From a virus: 64,000 bases of DNA. The DNA lies in IMG/VR virus record IMGVR_UViG_3300025141_010453, positions 30,013-94,012 of that record; one strand, given 5' to 3'. The notes below the pieces were generated by a model. That model saw only the letters and a list, made by a program, of their open reading frames with translations, searched no databases and was not told the origin of the DNA. Every line of letters begins with the position of its first letter. The first letter of the stretch is position 1. Positions 50,276 to 59,604 of the stretch are shown here, piece after piece. Position numbers and translations under genes: made by a program.

Positions 50276-50307
50276 TTTGGTAATACCAACTTATTTTCTT
50301 ATCTTTG
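50276..50307 (+). promoter_or_regulatory. Bacteroidota housekeeping promoter (-33 TTTG / -7 TATCTTTG)
   Basis: TTTG 50276-50279, 20-nt spacer, TATCTTTG 50300-50307. Confidence 0.75.
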
Positions 50308-50311
50308 TAGT

Positions 50312-50812
50312 ATGAATTTAGAAAAAACACGAAATATAGCAATTAAACTAATGAGACAACACGGTCTTATTACGTATACATTTAAGTGGGATAGAGCTGT
50401 AAGAAGGTTTGGCTCCCATAATGGACGAATGCAAACTATTTCCCTTTCTAGACCTTTAACTCTCCACGAAACTAACAAATGTAGAGTTAAAAATACTATT
50501 TTACATGAAATAGCACATGCTTTAGACCATCAACAACGTGGTTATTCTAATCACGATGCTAACTGGAAAAGAATTGCACGGTCTATCGGGTGTAGTGGTG
50601 AAAGATGTAGTAGTAGTTCAGGTGTAGATAAGTCTAAAATATTAAAATGGGTAGCTACCTGTCCTAGTTGTGAAAGAAAAGTTTACTACGCAAGACAAAA
50701 AGCAAAAGATGTAGCTTGTGGTAAATGTTGTAAAAAACATAATAATAGCAAGTATGCCCCTGAGTATAAATTTAATTGGAAATTAAATAGGTGTGTCGTA
50801 AAATATATATAA
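50312..50812 (+). CDS. SprT-like zinc metalloprotease
   Basis: TILHEIAHA, H...WK..A..IG, CPSC..CGKC. Confidence 0.88.
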   Translation: MNLEKTRNIAIKLMRQHGLITYTFKWDRAVRRFGSHNGRMQTISLSRPLTLHETNKCRVKNTILHEIAHALDHQQRGYSNHDANWKRIARSIGCSGERCSSSSGVDKSKILKWVATCPSCERKVYYARQKAKDVACGKCCKKHNNSKYAPEYKFNWKLNRCVVKYI

Positions 50813-51342
50813 TGGAAAAGTTACAGTATAAAATAAAAAATGGTCCGAGAGTAGAGTCTCTAGTTGAGTATAGGCTGTCTGATGACACCACAGTTGCAAT
50901 GTTCCAAGGGTTTAGGGGTGAGAACCCAGACCTAGACTTTATAGTAAAATACAAAGAAAAAGATAAGAGATTAAGAACCCCCTCTCACACACATTGGATT
51001 GTGGATTTAGTTATTAAAGGTGAAATTAATAAAGCCGGGACATTGGAGTTGGTTAAAGAACTAATAGAAATGTATGACTCTATTGAACCATTTAAGACTG
51101 TGGAAGAAAGAAATAATTATAAATTAATATACGCGCATGAGATAGCTAGAGATTTTTCATGGTTAGATGGGATTGGGTCGTTATCGTTAGAATTAATTGG
51201 TACTTTAGTGGAATTATTTTCTAAGTGTGAAAAACAAACTAGTGGAGCATTTATGTTTAGAAGTATGTTAACTTTAACTAAAGAATATCTAGAGGACAAA
51301 AAAGACTACTACCAAATAATAGGAACATCAAAAAGAGTTTAA
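50812..51342 (+). CDS. Hypothetical protein
   Basis: ATG overlaps the previous stop (TAATG); RTPSHTHWIVDL motif. Confidence 0.6.
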   Translation: MEKLQYKIKNGPRVESLVEYRLSDDTTVAMFQGFRGENPDLDFIVKYKEKDKRLRTPSHTHWIVDLVIKGEINKAGTLELVKELIEMYDSIEPFKTVEERNNYKLIYAHEIARDFSWLDGIGSLSLELIGTLVELFSKCEKQTSGAFMFRSMLTLTKEYLEDKKDYYQIIGTSKRV

Positions 51343-51343
51343 T

Positions 51344-52150
51344 GTGAAAGAAAAATTAAAAGAATTATTATCAATACCTACCAGGACTTGGGAAGAAGAT
51401 AGAGTTATTTCCTATTTAATAGAACAATTTGAATTAAAGGGATATAAATATGATATTGATGACTTGGGTAATCTTTATGTTACTAAAGGTATTTCTGATT
51501 ATTATCCTTTAGTTTTAGCTCACACAGATAGTGTGCATGAGATTAAAGAAATGGTTGTAAAGGAAGAATATTTACCTAATGCACAAGGTGAAAATAAATT
51601 AGCACTTAAAGCTTATACTAAAGATGGTAATCTACCTACGGGTATCGGAGGTGATGATAAAGCAGGGGTTTTTATTTGTTTACAATTACTAGAAAAATTT
51701 AATACACTTAAAGCCTTTTTTCCTGTAGCAGAAGAAACTGGTTGTCATGGAAGTAGAGATGCTAAAGAAGAATTTTTTAAAGATGTTGGTTATGCCATTC
51801 AATTTGACTCAACTGAAAATGATACCATGTCTCTTTCACTTATGGGCACTCAATTGTTTGAGGAGAAATCTGAATTTTTTAATAAAACTAAAAATATAAT
51901 TTTAGAACATGGTTTTACCGAGTGGAGACATCATCCGTATACTGATAATATGGTCCTTAAGGAAAAATTTGATTTTGCTTGTTTAAATTTTGCTGCTGGT
52001 TACTATAGGTACCATACTGATAATGAATATGTGATAGTGGAAGATGTAAAAAATTCTATAAATCTAGGGAAAAATGTAATAAAAAAATTAGGTAATTCTT
52101 TTTATAAATTTAAGGCAACTAAAAAAGATTCTTTTGGGTGGTTTGATTAG
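51344..52150 (+). CDS. M28/M20/M42-clan metallopeptidase
   Basis: GNLY, AHTDSV, GGDDKAG, EETGCHGS, YHT..E. Confidence 0.85.
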   Translation: MKEKLKELLSIPTRTWEEDRVISYLIEQFELKGYKYDIDDLGNLYVTKGISDYYPLVLAHTDSVHEIKEMVVKEEYLPNAQGENKLALKAYTKDGNLPTGIGGDDKAGVFICLQLLEKFNTLKAFFPVAEETGCHGSRDAKEEFFKDVGYAIQFDSTENDTMSLSLMGTQLFEEKSEFFNKTKNIILEHGFTEWRHHPYTDNMVLKEKFDFACLNFAAGYYRYHTDNEYVIVEDVKNSINLGKNVIKKLGNSFYKFKATKKDSFGWFD

Positions 52151-52152
52151 TC

Positions 52153-52734
52153 TTAATAATCACCTTCAGTTGTTGTGTAGTCAAATCCACGATATAGTGG
52201 TAAATCCTCCCTATTAATTATTTCTCTTACCCATTCTGAAACTGGTTTATATATTAACATACTAGGTCCTCCACCCGCAAAAGCATCATCCTGTTGAAAA
52301 TTATCTAAACTATCTCTACTTAATTCTGGGTATAATCCTAGTTTTTGTAGGTCGGCTATCATTTCTGATGTTACTTTTCTTAAAAAAACATTTATGTAGT
52401 GGAGCCCTTTACCTTCTTTTAATCTTTTTATAATAATCTCTTTCCAATAACGGTCCAAATAGTTCAATAAATAAAAATCTTTAATTTCTTTCTTTTTTTC
52501 AGGTGTATATTCTACTCTTTGTTCTTTTATAGTTAATTTTTCTAAAATATCTTCTAGCATTATAAGAGTGTTGGGATTCCAATTACTATCTTTATTAACA
52601 AAATGTAGAACTGTTGCAATTTTTCCGTCTATTTCTAGTATATTAGAAATATTTTTAATTTCGGTTAAAGTGTCTGATGTAGAATTAGTTATTATTGTAT
52701 CTACTCTATCTAATAAATCTTTTATATTATTCAC
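52153..52734 (-). CDS. Hypothetical late protein
   Basis: 193-aa ORF with late motif at 52748-52756. Confidence 0.55.
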   Translation of the reverse strand: MNNIKDLLDRVDTIITNSTSDTLTEIKNISNILEIDGKIATVLHFVNKDSNWNPNTLIMLEDILEKLTIKEQRVEYTPEKKKEIKDFYLLNYLDRYWKEIIIKRLKEGKGLHYINVFLRKVTSEMIADLQKLGLYPELSRDSLDNFQQDDAFAGGGPSMLIYKPVSEWVREIINREDLPLYRGFDYTTTEGDY

Positions 52735-52756
52735 GTTATATTTTTATTATAAATAT

Positions 52757-52787
52757 TTTGATTATTAGTATAAGATACTTATATTTG
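52757..52787 (+). promoter_or_regulatory. Bacteroidota housekeeping promoter for the small ORF and tmRNA
   Basis: TTTG 52757-52760, 19-nt spacer, TATATTTG 52780-52787. Confidence 0.7.
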
Positions 52788-52810
52788 TAACATAATTAAA
52801 TAATTAAACT

Positions 52811-53011
52811 ATGCCAAAATCCAAAAATAGAAAAAATCATAAGAAAAAAGTTCAAGCACGTAATATGAGAATTCGAGCAGAACAAAAACAAATGGTACAA
52901 CAACTTGATGACCTAAAAGAAAAATACACCAAAGAAATGGCTGATAAAGCTAAAGAATCTTCTGAAGAAGATAGTGGTGATGTACCTTTTACTTTGGGTG
53001 GTGATAAGTAA
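52811..53011 (+). CDS. Small protein with basic N-terminus and acidic C-terminus
   Basis: MPKSKNRKNHKKK; ends 6 nt before the tmRNA. Confidence 0.65.
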   Translation: MPKSKNRKNHKKKVQARNMRIRAEQKQMVQQLDDLKEKYTKEMADKAKESSEEDSGDVPFTLGGDK

Positions 53012-53017
53012 TAATAT

Positions 53018-53428
53018 GGGGGTGACTGGAATTGATTGGCGTTGGTCAATTAATGTCAGCACGTCGAGCCTGAGTTAAGCTCGTAAAATCTGATTCATTT
53101 TTTTAACTGGCAAAACAATTGCTAAGTTGACGACTTTAGGGCTTGTCCGTGAAACGTCAACTGTAGCTATAGCGTAACTAAGTTACGAGATAGCTCCGGT
53201 TCAACTAAAGTAGATTTAAGGTTTGTAGCTTTAGTATAGAACTGTCATTTTATACAAACCAATCCCACTAGTACTGCTTGGGTGGTTAAATACAAGGTAG
53301 TTGAGGTTTCTCTGAGTGTTGTTTATTTTGTAAGAGTTACTTAAGATGTTAAGAATAAACTAAACGTGTAGGATAGATATTTTTTGAAGATGAACAAGAC
53401 GGGGGTTCGATACCCCCCACCTCCACCA
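53018..53428 (+). ncRNA. ssrA: tmRNA (transfer-messenger RNA)
   Basis: 5' GGGGGTG pairs with 3' CACCTCC-ACCA including G3.U70; T-arm GGGGG-TTCGATA-CCCCC; pk1-like CGAGC/GCTCG; TAACT-GGC resume site, tag ORF 53109-53177 with the stop in a hairpin. Confidence 0.93.
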
Positions 53429-53434
53429 AAAGAG

Positions 53435-53460
53435 AAAAGGACCAAAAGGTCCTTTTTTTT
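53435..53460. terminator. Bidirectional intrinsic terminator
   Basis: AAAAGGACC-aaaa-GGTCCTTTTTTTT between the tmRNA and a convergent gene. Confidence 0.85.
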
Positions 53461-54739
53461 ATTTTAATAGTTTCACTAAACCTATGGGTTCTTCTTTAAG
53501 GATATTTATTAGTCCAACTTTTTCTTCGTTTACTGATACTTTTGCTATTTTCCCGTCTACAACTGTGTATTTTATTATATTCATGTCGTCTTTAAGAGCC
53601 TTATTAGTTCTCGCCTCGTCTTCAGGGTATAATAGTGGTGTACCTATTTCAAATTGTAATCTGTAGTTTAGTGTAGATGTTGATGTGTGGTTTTTCAATT
53701 CAGTAATGCCGTCAGTTTCTCCGTTCCTATCAGTTCCATGATATATACTAAATTGTCCTATTATTTCAGATGCGGGATTAAATATAGTTACTCTTTGGAA
53801 TGGGAAGGTATCGTCTTTATCATCATTTTTAGTTTTAAGTTCTGCAACTGCAAGAGCTTTTGCAAAATCGTCCACCAGTTCAGATGGCCAAACACCTGTG
53901 GTGTAAACCCCCTTAGCACTTTTTAGAAATAAGAATCCGTTGCGTTTTTCTATAATCTTCTTGTTTATCGTTTCTATTACTTGTTTGGTGGCAGCAGAAA
54001 TAGATTCAAAGTGACCAGCAGGTAAACTACCATCATTTTTATACTTAATAACTTCATATGGAGCGTCTATTGAATATGGGGCATCGTCTGGGTAACACCC
54101 AAACTTATTATTACAAAAATTATAGTCATTTTTTAAATCAACTCGTATTGAGTACTCACAAGATATCTCTTTAATACCTGTAGGAGGTTTATCGTCAACA
54201 CACTCTCCTAGATTTTTTTTACACCAATAATTGTCGGCCGTAGGGTCTAAACATCCATATATTTCTTCTGGTTCGTCTACTACCTGGTTATTGTTACTAG
54301 GGGTATAACATTGACAACTTCTATTACTCCAGGCCCTAGGTGATACACATGCATCGAATTCCGCTTTTAAGGCTGGGTCAAAAGAAGGGGAGGTATCGTC
54401 TAGTCTTTCAGCACAGGTTGCAGCTTTTAAATATTTACACACATATTTATCCGCTTGAATTAATGCATTTTTTGCATCCTTTGTTGCTTTGTTATCCCAA
54501 TCATTTATGGATGCAGCATCTATATTATGGAAGGCTTTTAGATACCCACATATCTGGGCGTCAGTTAAAAGGGCGGCGAAAGGCTCATCAATTGTACTTA
54601 AAAGCTTACCATTTACTTTTACTCCACTAGGTTCATACACATATGATGCATTATGTGTAAGATTATACTCATACATCGCGATGCCGTCACACTTATCGTT
54701 AGGGTGAACCCCTCTATTTCCACAAGGTAGTAATGCCAT
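53459..54739 (-). CDS. Cys-rich hypothetical (putative virion) protein
   Basis: YGCLDPTADNY motif, many cysteines; last gene of a late operon. Confidence 0.55.
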   Translation of the reverse strand: MALLPCGNRGVHPNDKCDGIAMYEYNLTHNASYVYEPSGVKVNGKLLSTIDEPFAALLTDAQICGYLKAFHNIDAASINDWDNKATKDAKNALIQADKYVCKYLKAATCAERLDDTSPSFDPALKAEFDACVSPRAWSNRSCQCYTPSNNNQVVDEPEEIYGCLDPTADNYWCKKNLGECVDDKPPTGIKEISCEYSIRVDLKNDYNFCNNKFGCYPDDAPYSIDAPYEVIKYKNDGSLPAGHFESISAATKQVIETINKKIIEKRNGFLFLKSAKGVYTTGVWPSELVDDFAKALAVAELKTKNDDKDDTFPFQRVTIFNPASEIIGQFSIYHGTDRNGETDGITELKNHTSTSTLNYRLQFEIGTPLLYPEDEARTNKALKDDMNIIKYTVVDGKIAKVSVNEEKVGLINILKEEPIGLVKLLK

Positions 54740-54766
54740 ATTATTATCTTTTTTTATTTTTTACCA

Positions 54767-56572
54767 CTATTCTCTTCCAATTATGTCAGCAAATGATGCA
54801 CTAATCGCAGTAGTAAATTCATCTAAACTAGCTCGGACTTCAGTTTCATTACCTTCCTCATTTATCTCACACCCCACCATACATCTCATAAGAGTGTTAT
54901 ATGTCCCATCATCATCCATTTGTTTGACACATAAGTTATTAACACACGTATAAGATTCTCCAGGAATAGCATTTTCATCTGCTGGTTTAAACATATTATT
55001 TTCCCATTCACCATCTAATACCTTAAAACCAACAGTGCCTTGATTCTTGAAATCATCTGAATTAAGTTTTAAAAGTGCAGCGTTAAATCCATCTTTACTA
55101 TCGTACTCACCCTCAAACCCTTTTAGGTCCATAGTCTTTTGTAAATAAGCAAGTTGTGGAAATGTCATAGATTTTCCCAAACCTGAGTAAAGAGCCTGCT
55201 TACTGGAATCAATAGGTCGTGGCATTGTTATTCTAAATGTTTTCCATTTTGCTACCTCATCTATTCCTGCTTTTGCCAATGCTTTCATCTTTCCCTTTAA
55301 ATCTAATAGTGGTGCGTCGACAGCTGGGAAAGTTTCAGAATTTAAATATCTCATTACATCACTTGCCGTCCAACTATAATACCACGCACTATCGGCCTTA
55401 ATACCAAAAACTTTATTAAATGCTGACGGTACTTTATCAATATAAAACTGCATATTAGCGTTCATAATCTGCATTAGTGTAAGGTCCCCCACATTATCTT
55501 CTAATTGGCCAAATTCATATGCAATTTGATTGGCTATCAGTTTTGACCCCAGTTTATCCTGAGATAATGCATTCAAAATTGTATCTTCATTCGGGTTAGT
55601 TTTTTGTAATTCATCCCATATGATTTGAGCTGCCGCTTTAGCATCTGCTTCAGGTAGGCAGAAAACCTCTTTAACCTCAGGGGGCAATGAGGAGAAAAGT
55701 GCACCATCATCCCCTAATAAATTATCCATATCTGAAATATAGTTCGTAAGTTTTTCGTGTACCCACACAAAACCGGAAAGGATTAGTACCCTAGTAACAA
55801 TATTTTTAAGTACTGCAAATTTTCCTGGTTTGCCTAAAAAGGTTCCACCTCCTACCGCCATCCACTTTAACCATTTTAATGGCTTTGTTACTAGTGCTGT
55901 TATATCTGCAACGACTGCTCTTTTCCAACTTGATGGTAGATTGTCTAAATATTTTGCTGTAATCTCAGCATGTTGTGAATCGGTCATCAAACCAAATGCA
56001 TTCTTAAAATCTGTTAGGGTCTGCTTTACAATAACTTTTATAACCCCGTCTGGGTTATTGATGGCTTTCATAATAATATTAAATTCATCTATAAAGTCAG
56101 CATGTAATGCTTTTACAACTGAATCATCTGCATTTGATAATGTATTAACCATTTTTGTTATGTCGTATCCAACGTCCCCGGGAAATAGTAGTGTTGTTTT
56201 ATAATCTCTTCTTATAGCTGGCATTATAGTTTCGATAACTGATGTGTGGCCTGTCATAAATTTTAATACTGCTTTTAAATCATCAGTTTGGGTTAGTTTT
56301 GTATAATCTGTAATAATATTACCAGCCTCATCTAGTGCACCCAGTGATTTAACTTTCAACTTTAATTCTTTATTAAGTTTGGTCATCATTTTAGCGTCTA
56401 CTGATTTACCTACTTTTAATAGTGCTGTAATGAACCCTAGAAATTTATTTATCCCTGTTATCGCGTCTTCCTTAAGAATAACTTTGTTCTCAGTTAAGGT
56501 TTTACCTCTGTCATATTGGTTTAAATACTTTAATTTATTTATTTCTTTTAATAATTTTTTATTCATATCCAT
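54767..56572 (-). CDS. Putative head-packaged/ejected protein with a transmembrane segment
   Basis: LLKEINKLKYL...LTE..ILKE leader; hydrophobic helix; annexin-repeat-like segment; C-terminal four-Cys motif. Confidence 0.55.
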   Translation of the reverse strand: MDMNKKLLKEINKLKYLNQYDRGKTLTENKVILKEDAITGINKFLGFITALLKVGKSVDAKMMTKLNKELKLKVKSLGALDEAGNIITDYTKLTQTDDLKAVLKFMTGHTSVIETIMPAIRRDYKTTLLFPGDVGYDITKMVNTLSNADDSVVKALHADFIDEFNIIMKAINNPDGVIKVIVKQTLTDFKNAFGLMTDSQHAEITAKYLDNLPSSWKRAVVADITALVTKPLKWLKWMAVGGGTFLGKPGKFAVLKNIVTRVLILSGFVWVHEKLTNYISDMDNLLGDDGALFSSLPPEVKEVFCLPEADAKAAAQIIWDELQKTNPNEDTILNALSQDKLGSKLIANQIAYEFGQLEDNVGDLTLMQIMNANMQFYIDKVPSAFNKVFGIKADSAWYYSWTASDVMRYLNSETFPAVDAPLLDLKGKMKALAKAGIDEVAKWKTFRITMPRPIDSSKQALYSGLGKSMTFPQLAYLQKTMDLKGFEGEYDSKDGFNAALLKLNSDDFKNQGTVGFKVLDGEWENNMFKPADENAIPGESYTCVNNLCVKQMDDDGTYNTLMRCMVGCEINEEGNETEVRASLDEFTTAISASFADIIGRE

Positions 56573-56600
56573 TTTATTTTATTTTATTTTTTAATTTTTA

Positions 56601-58688
56601 CTACCATATTTCCCAATCACCAGACGATACACTGTCCTCTATTGATTGGTACGTAGGAAATTCCAATTTACCATACTCCGCCACTTCTAAATTTAATGAG
56701 TCTCCAACTAGTTTTTGAGCTTCAGAAAGATTTATTTCTCCATTTTGAAGTTGAGTTGCAAACCCGTCAATAGAAGTCGCTATTTCAGTCGACATCGTCT
56801 CAATTTTTCCTGTTACCCGATTTAAATTATATGGTTCTAAACAATCTAAATTTGGTCTCCAACCCCCACCAGGATTTGCCACTTCTTCTAATTCAACACC
56901 TACACATGAATCTTTAACTGGTATAATTTCTGGGAACATTGTTGCATCTCGCCATAATTTTATTAATAATAGTATATTGGGTGGCATCCCTGTTATTGCA
57001 TTGTCAAATATCCCCGTATAGTCCTCATCTCTACCTATGGCCCCATCACTAAGAGTTTTCTTAAATCCCCTATTATAAGGATATGTTTGGTTAAGAACTC
57101 TGTCATATCTATAATGATAATCATCATCTTTCATTTTTTCTGTTTGCCTACTCCATGCACTAGTTATTAAATCATCTGTGTCGTTAATAATACTTTGGAA
57201 AACCCATTTATTTGCCCCATACATTGCCCAACTTATTCCATATAATGCTGGAATTGCTCCTATTACAAATGGAGTCGCGGCTTTAAATGTGTCTGTAATC
57301 TTTATCATTACCTTTTCGGAGGTTGTAAGAGACTTCTGCATTTTTTGGAAATCTACCCAGCTCATTTTATCTATTCCATGCTTAACCCCCGCTGGTGTAG
57401 TTTTATAGATAACGAATTTATCTATAGTCTTTATGTCCGCTATAACAGCTCTTGCTTTTATAACTTCATCAGTATTTTTCAATAAAGGAGCAATTATCTC
57501 TTTATTCTTCATTGAGTAGTTTACTATTGCTTTTGAGTCCTTAGTTAACGATTTGTAAGCTGCTTCACCTGGCTCCTCAAAATATTTAAATGCTTTTATT
57601 ATCTCGTCAGTAGGTACTTTCTTAAATTTATTAAGATGTTTAAAATGTTTGAATAATTTGAATCCTGGTATTAGTTCTAGTAGCACTACTACTCCAGCTC
57701 CCCCTTTATTATCTAGTTGGTACATCGCAAAAGCGGATACTAATCCTGCCACTCCACTCACAATCCAGCCAACAGGCCCAAAAAACAAAGCGATAATACC
57801 AATCGCATCTGCGATATACTCTAGTGCTTTCCAAGTACCTAAACTAGTAAAAAAGTTATAAAGTGGGTCGTTCCAATCACTATCTACTTTTCCCATCACT
57901 AATGCATTTAAGTCACATTGTCTTTCCCAGTTACCAGGTCCAACAACTTCCAGAGCCCACGCTGCAAGATAATTAGGCATACCATGTGCTTCTCCGTAAG
58001 TTGTTCTAACATAATTTTGTAAACCATTATTATGTAAAAAGCCATTTCTTACACAAAACCTCCCCTCTTGTAAATTTTCATATAAAGTTTCTTCCCAGCC
58101 AGACTTTCCAGAATTGAACATCCCTTCGGTGCACCTTCCTTGTGAGGTCTTACCCCATTCACTTCTTGAATATATAGCACTTATTAGTGAAAGAAGTGAA
58201 TTTCCAGCTTTAGTATTTACGTGTACCCATTGATTGGTTGCGTTGTTTTCACTTCCCTTATATCTTGGTTGAATCTGACCATAAGTAGCTCCACCATACG
58301 AAGAGTAGTCACAAGGAAAATAAGCCAGTGTTAAGGCTGGGGAGTAGTTAACTCCTGGTGTCCAATCAGCTGGTGTTTTAGGAGCTGGTTTATATGCATA
58401 TTCTCCAGTATGAGTATAATGATTTGGTTTAGTTTTATATTTATTAATCTTATATCCTGGTACGAACTTCATGATACTTCCAGTAGAAGTATTTACATAA
58501 TATTCTCCAACAACAGCATCTCTAGTTGAAGATGGTGTTTTGGGATGTGGGTTAGTCACAGTTCCAAGTTCTCCAGATGGTGTAAAAAGCCATTCTTGTT
58601 CCTGTTCTTTAATTACATCGGTAACTATATAACTTATAAAATCTATTAATTCAGATTCTTTTAATATTAATGTTTTATTATTTTCCAT
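56601..58688 (-). CDS. Putative head-packaged/ejected membrane-active protein
   Basis: LILKESELIDFI...IKE leader; Gly/Ala-rich hydrophobic hairpin resembling pre-toxin TG segments; further TM helix. Confidence 0.55.
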   Translation of the reverse strand: MENNKTLILKESELIDFISYIVTDVIKEQEQEWLFTPSGELGTVTNPHPKTPSSTRDAVVGEYYVNTSTGSIMKFVPGYKINKYKTKPNHYTHTGEYAYKPAPKTPADWTPGVNYSPALTLAYFPCDYSSYGGATYGQIQPRYKGSENNATNQWVHVNTKAGNSLLSLISAIYSRSEWGKTSQGRCTEGMFNSGKSGWEETLYENLQEGRFCVRNGFLHNNGLQNYVRTTYGEAHGMPNYLAAWALEVVGPGNWERQCDLNALVMGKVDSDWNDPLYNFFTSLGTWKALEYIADAIGIIALFFGPVGWIVSGVAGLVSAFAMYQLDNKGGAGVVVLLELIPGFKLFKHFKHLNKFKKVPTDEIIKAFKYFEEPGEAAYKSLTKDSKAIVNYSMKNKEIIAPLLKNTDEVIKARAVIADIKTIDKFVIYKTTPAGVKHGIDKMSWVDFQKMQKSLTTSEKVMIKITDTFKAATPFVIGAIPALYGISWAMYGANKWVFQSIINDTDDLITSAWSRQTEKMKDDDYHYRYDRVLNQTYPYNRGFKKTLSDGAIGRDEDYTGIFDNAITGMPPNILLLIKLWRDATMFPEIIPVKDSCVGVELEEVANPGGGWRPNLDCLEPYNLNRVTGKIETMSTEIATSIDGFATQLQNGEINLSEAQKLVGDSLNLEVAEYGKLEFPTYQSIEDSVSSGDWEIW

Positions 58689-59221
58689 TATAATAATGGG
58701 TTTGCTTTACCTCTGGTTGGTGTATAGGAATCAGCCCATTTACCTGTAGCTATCTGATTTGCGATTCCTCTTGCAATACCCGAGTCCCAAACACCCATAG
58801 AGGCTGTCCCTGCTCCCGCTGCATCATCTGATTCTCCACTTTCTGTACCATCATCTTGTTCACCTAATTCAAAAGCCATACGTGATTCTAATTCTGCAGG
58901 GTCAGAAATATAACTATCTTGGGGGCCATCACTATCAAAATTATAACCTTTTTTTATTTTAGAATAATTCGTTGTAGGTTCAGTAAATCCTTCATCTTCT
59001 AATTCTGGCTCTGAACCTAAAGAACCTTTGCTATCAAAATCGTAAGCCGGGGTTGTTGTGGAATCCGTATCAGGATAACCAAACTGTAAACCAGACATAA
59101 TATCTTCTTCAATCTCTTTTGTTGAGTATTTTTCTTTAGTGTTCTCTATAACTGGAGTTTCTTTTGGGGGGCCAAACATTAACTCTTTTAGACGGGTTAT
59201 TTCTTCTTGTATAGTAGGCAT
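58688..59221 (-). CDS. Putative head-internal protein
   Basis: IQEEITRLKELM leader; YxFDSxG twice and RGxAN twice; late motif at 59239-59248. Confidence 0.55.
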   Translation of the reverse strand: MPTIQEEITRLKELMFGPPKETPVIENTKEKYSTKEIEEDIMSGLQFGYPDTDSTTTPAYDFDSKGSLGSEPELEDEGFTEPTTNYSKIKKGYNFDSDGPQDSYISDPAELESRMAFELGEQDDGTESGESDDAAGAGTASMGVWDSGIARGIANQIATGKWADSYTPTRGKANPLL

Positions 59222-59276
59222 AGTATATTATTATATAATATAAATATAATAAAGATGGAGTAATTGCCTATCTAAT

Positions 59277-59555
59277 TTATTTTAATAGGTTTTTATTTTG
59301 GTTGATGTATGTGTGTAGACCTTCTTTTAATTCGTCAGGGTTTATTTGTTTCCGAATTTGTAGCGTATCCATATCATCATCATCATATCCACACCATTCC
59401 ACTTCTACAAATAAATCACATAAACTTTCTATTTCTTCGAACAAAATTTCAAGAGTTAGAGTTGTTTCTATATCATCTTCTCCTACTGTAAATTCTACTT
59501 CTATTGTTTCTCTTTCATCATTAACAAAGAAAGAGTGTATTTCTTCTATTATCAT
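59277..59555 (-). CDS. Acidic hypothetical protein
   Basis: 92-aa ORF. Confidence 0.55.
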   Translation of the reverse strand: MIIEEIHSFFVNDERETIEVEFTVGEDDIETTLTLEILFEEIESLCDLFVEVEWCGYDDDDMDTLQIRKQINPDELKEGLHTYINQNKNLLK

Positions 59556-59604
59556 AATATTTAATCTTTTGTACCTTTTAAATATTACGTAATAAAGAAA
59601 AATC

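Noticed and set aside
53395-53428. tRNA-like T-arm and CCA end
   Set aside because: It pairs with a 5' end about 400 nt upstream and has no anticodon arm, so it is the tmRNA 3' end, not a tRNA
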